DNA of 37,088 nucleotides from the NCBI GenBank assembly GCA_024654525.1, contig JANLHI010000013.1, positions 84,036-121,123 on the forward strand, in the 5' to 3' direction. Positions 33,739 to 37,088 of this stretch are shown here, in pieces. Each line of letters starts with the position of its first letter. Within the stretch, counting starts at the first letter, position 1. This stretch comes from Patescibacteria group bacterium (lineage in GTDB: Bacteria > Patescibacteriota > Minisyncoccia > UBA6257 > 2-01-FULL-56-20). The notes under the pieces were generated by a model. It made no database searches and was not told the origin of the DNA. It was given only the letters and a program-made list of their open reading frames with translations. Made by a program: the position numbers and the translations under genes.

Positions 33739-34995
33739 ATGGCGAGCATCCAACAAAAAGACAAACAAACATCCCCCATTGCAAGTGTAAAAGTAGTGGG
33801 AATAGGGGGGGGTGGTGGCAATGCGGTTTCGCGTATCAGTTCTGATTTTGTGCGAGGCGTGCAATTTTTTGCAATCAACACCGATCATCAGGATTTGGAT
33901 CATGTAGATGTTCGAAATAAGATTTACATCGGCAAGAATCTTACGCGGGGATTAGGTACGGGAATGAACCCCGATTTGGGAAGACAGGCGATGGAAGAAA
34001 ATCGTTCGGAAATTACGGAAGCGCTTCGCGGCGCTGACTTGGTATTTCTTACCGCGGGTTTTGGAGGGGGTACGGGAAGCGGAGGTATGCCGGTAGCGGC
34101 GGAAATAGCGAAACAGCTTGGATCGCTTGTAGTGGCGGTGGTTACAAAACCATTTGCGTTTGAGGGTAGTCAACGGGAACGTATTGCACAGGAAGCGATT
34201 GTGAAAATGAAAGATAAAGTTGATGCGCTTATCGTAGTTCCCAATGACCGTATTTTCTCCATTATCAAAAAAGAAACGCCTATTCTTAAAGCGTTTGAAG
34301 CGATTGATGACGTACTTCGTAATTCATTGCGTGGCATAGTGGAATTGGTTACGTCACCGGGGCTTATCAATCTTGATTTTGCGGATGTAAAAAGCATTCT
34401 TGAGGATGCAGGTTCCGCGATTGTCGGTGTGGGAATTGCATCGGGCCCCGAGCGGGCGGTAAATGCGGTGCAAAGTGCATTGAATTCTCCTCTCCTCGAA
34501 ACGAGTGCGGAAGGAGCAAAGCGCGTGTTGTTGGGTATTTCCGGTTCGCGAGATCTTACGATGAACGAGATAAACGAGGCGGCAAAAATAGTCGCACAAG
34601 TTGCGGATCCTTCAGCGCGCATTATATTCGGTGCATATCACGACCGACGTCTTCGTGCGAGGCAACTGAAAATTACGCTTGTTGCGGCCGGATTCAACGG
34701 TGCAGGAGGGGCATCTACTCTTTTCGGAGGAGCGCCGACACCGACAAGACTTCCATTTTTCGAAGGACTAAAATCACAGTCACAATCACAGTCTGGACGT
34801 ACCGAAGATCGCAGTAAATATACCGTCGAAGACACATCCGCAAAGAAGCCTATGCCCATTTTTTCAGAACGTCAGGATAAAATAGAGAAGTCGGAATCAA
34901 AAGGGGATGCGCACGCCAAGAAATCAGAAAAACAGGAGCAACAGGAGGTGGATATTTGGGATATTCCTACCTTTCTCAGAAGGAAGAAAAAATAG
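33739..34995 (+). CDS. ftsZ: Cell division protein FtsZ
   Basis: GIGGGGGNAV, GFGGGTGSG, PFAFEG and INLDFADV; C-terminal DIPTFLRR. Confidence 0.97.
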   Translation: MASIQQKDKQTSPIASVKVVGIGGGGGNAVSRISSDFVRGVQFFAINTDHQDLDHVDVRNKIYIGKNLTRGLGTGMNPDLGRQAMEENRSEITEALRGADLVFLTAGFGGGTGSGGMPVAAEIAKQLGSLVVAVVTKPFAFEGSQRERIAQEAIVKMKDKVDALIVVPNDRIFSIIKKETPILKAFEAIDDVLRNSLRGIVELVTSPGLINLDFADVKSILEDAGSAIVGVGIASGPERAVNAVQSALNSPLLETSAEGAKRVLLGISGSRDLTMNEINEAAKIVAQVADPSARIIFGAYHDRRLRARQLKITLVAAGFNGAGGASTLFGGAPTPTRLPFFEGLKSQSQSQSGRTEDRSKYTVEDTSAKKPMPIFSERQDKIEKSESKGDAHAKKSEKQEQQEVDIWDIPTFLRRKKK

Positions 34996-35009
34996 TTTTT
35001 ATACCAGGA

Positions 35010-36113
35010 TTAGAGAAGGTGGTTCCCATCCTCTGCGTCCTCAAATGAGGGCGCTTCGAGTTTCATTGGCTCAATGCCGATTGTTTCTCCACTGATTTTT
35101 ACCACATCCTTATCTATCTTCCCGAATTCCTTGTGGGCGTTATTGTAGGCACTTACGGTGGTGGTCAGATTTTTTCCGATTTTCCCGAAGTATTCTTCGT
35201 ACGCGATAAGATGCTTCCCAAGATGACTTACTTGTTTGATGATATCTTTTGTTTGCTCCGAAATTTTTTGATTACGGAGACCTTGAAGTACCGTTTGTAG
35301 ATATGCAAGAAAAGATGTCGGAGAAACAATAACTACTTTTTTCTGGAACGCATAGGATATAAGATTTTTTTCTTCCGTTGCACTCCCCACTTTATTAATA
35401 AGCAAATCATAATAAATCGCCTCTGAAGGAATGAACATAAATGCAAAATCCATCGTTTCTTCCTCGGGTTTTACATATTTTGAAGTTTCATCGATACGCA
35501 TCTTGATGTCAGAAATAAATGCAGCTTCATACTTCTTCTTATCAAGTGGATCGGCGGTTTCTGCAAAACGATTATAATTCTCAAGACTGAATTTTGAATC
35601 AATGGGGATAATCCTTTTATCGACAAATACCACTGCATCCACAATAAGACCCTTTCCTGTTTTCTCATCTTTGCCAAGCGGATACTGCATTTGATATCCC
35701 CCGGGAGGCAGGACGTTTTTCAATACATTTTCCAGATAATATTCTCCCAAAATGCCCCGTTGTTTGGGGTTGTTAAGGGTATCTTGTAATTTTTTAAGCT
35801 GATCGGTAAAGCCAACGACCTGTTTATTGGTTTCTCCGAGTTGTGTGAGTTTCTCGGTTACGTCGCCCATAATTTTTACGCTCTGACCGAATTGCTGTTG
35901 CATCGCGCGCGTGACTTCACTTACGGTGTGCTTTGACTCGTTCGCAACTTGCCCAAGCCTTGTGTCGAGTGTCCGCGTGAGTTCATTTAATTGGTTTTGG
36001 AGAAGGATGAGTGATTGATCAGGCTTCTGCTCTTTCGGTGAGAGAAGTGTGCGGAGGTAAAAGACACCGCCGACGAGTACCGCAAGGATGAGAATAAGAA
36101 ATATGAGTTCCAT
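35010..36113 (-). CDS. rmuC: DNA recombination protein RmuC
   Basis: N-terminal TM, coiled coil, RGILGE..LE, D....IPIDSKF, MFIPSE and VSPTS. Confidence 0.92.
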   Translation of the reverse strand: MELIFLILILAVLVGGVFYLRTLLSPKEQKPDQSLILLQNQLNELTRTLDTRLGQVANESKHTVSEVTRAMQQQFGQSVKIMGDVTEKLTQLGETNKQVVGFTDQLKKLQDTLNNPKQRGILGEYYLENVLKNVLPPGGYQMQYPLGKDEKTGKGLIVDAVVFVDKRIIPIDSKFSLENYNRFAETADPLDKKKYEAAFISDIKMRIDETSKYVKPEEETMDFAFMFIPSEAIYYDLLINKVGSATEEKNLISYAFQKKVVIVSPTSFLAYLQTVLQGLRNQKISEQTKDIIKQVSHLGKHLIAYEEYFGKIGKNLTTTVSAYNNAHKEFGKIDKDVVKISGETIGIEPMKLEAPSFEDAEDGNHLL

Positions 36114-36129
36114 TTCTGCATTATACCTC

Positions 36130-36157
36130 AAAACAAAAAACGCCTTTTTGAAGGGCG
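36130..36157 (-). terminator. Minus-strand intrinsic terminator immediately upstream of the rmuC -10 element
   Basis: Minus strand reads CGCCCTT-CAA-AAAGGCG followed by TTTTTTGTTTT. Confidence 0.55.
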
Positions 36158-36319
36158 ACTTTTCGCTGTTTCATTCTTTCGAGTGGGATTATCGTACAAT
36201 ATATTTGAATTGGGAATCGATATGCATGTCGAATTCACGACATGCAGTATCGCGATTACCATAACCGAGCATGCGAGAAAGAAGCAATCAGAGGTCAATT
36301 TTATGCTAGAGTGTGAAAC

Positions 36320-37000
36320 ATGAAAGATATCCTCCTGATCGACAAGCCTGCAGGCATCACCTCATTCGACGTGATACGGAAGTTGCGTCAAAAAATGAAA
36401 ATTCGCAAAATGGGACACGCAGGTACGCTCGACCCCATGGCAACGGGACTTATGATTGTAGGCGTGAGAGAGGGTACAAAAAAACTGAATGAGTATTTGA
36501 AATTGCCAAAGGTGTACGAAGCGGAAGTAATGCTCGGGATTAGGACGGATACGGGGGATAGAGAGGGAAAGATTCTTGAAAGTTCCAATGTCAAATTCCA
36601 AAGTTTCAAAGAGGGAGAGATTAGGAGCGCTTTGGAATTGCTTCGCGGGAAAATAGTTCTACCGGTTCCAAAATATTCTGCGGTGAAGATGCGAGGTACG
36701 CCACTCTACGCGCGAGCGAGAAAAGGAGAAGATTTTGAAGCACCGAAGAAGGAGATGGAAGTGATGAGAATCACTTTGGAGAGAATATGGAATATGGAAT
36801 ACGGAATGAAGAATGAGGGAATGGGTATCGTATTGAAATTCGAAGTGGAGGTGGCAAGTGGAACATATATTCGCTCTCTTGCCGAGGAGATCGGAAGACG
36901 ACTTGGCGTGCCTGCGACACTTTGGAATTTAAGAAGGACACAAATAGGACAGGGAGAAAGCGCATTGAAGATAGAAGACGCGGAGAAGTCACCCTTCTGA
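36320..37000 (+). CDS. truB: tRNA pseudouridine(55) synthase, no PUA domain
   Basis: IDKPAGITS, GHAGTLDPMATG, YSAVK, SGTYIRSL and LRRT. Confidence 0.95.
   Translation: MKDILLIDKPAGITSFDVIRKLRQKMKIRKMGHAGTLDPMATGLMIVGVREGTKKLNEYLKLPKVYEAEVMLGIRTDTGDREGKILESSNVKFQSFKEGEIRSALELLRGKIVLPVPKYSAVKMRGTPLYARARKGEDFEAPKKEMEVMRITLERIWNMEYGMKNEGMGIVLKFEVEVASGTYIRSLAEEIGRRLGVPATLWNLRRTQIGQGESALKIEDAEKSPF
36783..36825. repeat. Heptanucleotide tandem array inside truB
   Basis: gaatatg gaatatg gaatacg gaatgaa gaatgag (g)gaatggg. Confidence 0.8.
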
Positions 37001-37088
37001 ATTTTTATGAATTTGTTTTGAATGGTGAGTGTTCGCGTAGAGCGCAATTGATAAGAGCCCGGGTGAGATAGAGATATCAAATCTGTTT

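Noticed and set aside
34773-34793. TCACAG/TCACAA repeats in the ftsZ linker (SQSQSQS)
   Set aside because: A codon-phase hexamer repeat in a known disordered linker; not part of the period-7 class.
1-37088. CRISPR array, integrase/transposase, retron or DGR, alternative genetic code
   Set aside because: No repeat-spacer array, recombinase or reverse transcriptase was seen. Core genes are full-length under code 11, and TGA serves as a normal stop (e.g. rluA, yqeY, truB).

Overview
Gene-dense bacterial chromosomal segment (standard code). Gene content, synteny (lepB-hisS-rpsU-yqeY-ybeY-ftsA-ftsZ; dprA-topA; parAB), a monoderm-type type IV pilus locus and scarce Shine-Dalgarno sites point to a Patescibacteria/CPR (Parcubacteria-like) genome. 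This placement is inferred, not verified. From left to right: (1) a 798-aa secreted Cys-rich surface protein with a peptidoglycan-binding-like domain; (2) a mostly AT-rich, mosaic accessory block (~2.95-12.2 kb) abutting the 3' end of tRNA-Leu(CAA), containing arsR/Zn-ribbon/arsP, a Ca/Na antiporter, an alpha/beta-hydrolase + membrane-anchored MurF-like + Ddl operon with a decayed VanX-like remnant, split LysO genes, a cyclase, an XRE remnant and a thermonuclease; (3) parAB, topA and dprA; (4) a dispersed type IV pilus locus interrupted by tRNA-Val, tRNA-Ile and a pseudouridine synthase; (5) core translation and division genes, rmuC and truB. The most notable observations are degenerate 7-nt tandem repeats sitting in frame inside several housekeeping genes, the hydrolase-MurF-Ddl(-VanX) module, a possible pilin-tail/adhesin domain complementation, a candidate non-canonical prepilin peptidase, widespread leaderless-type promoters and a candidate small RNA between rmuC and truB.
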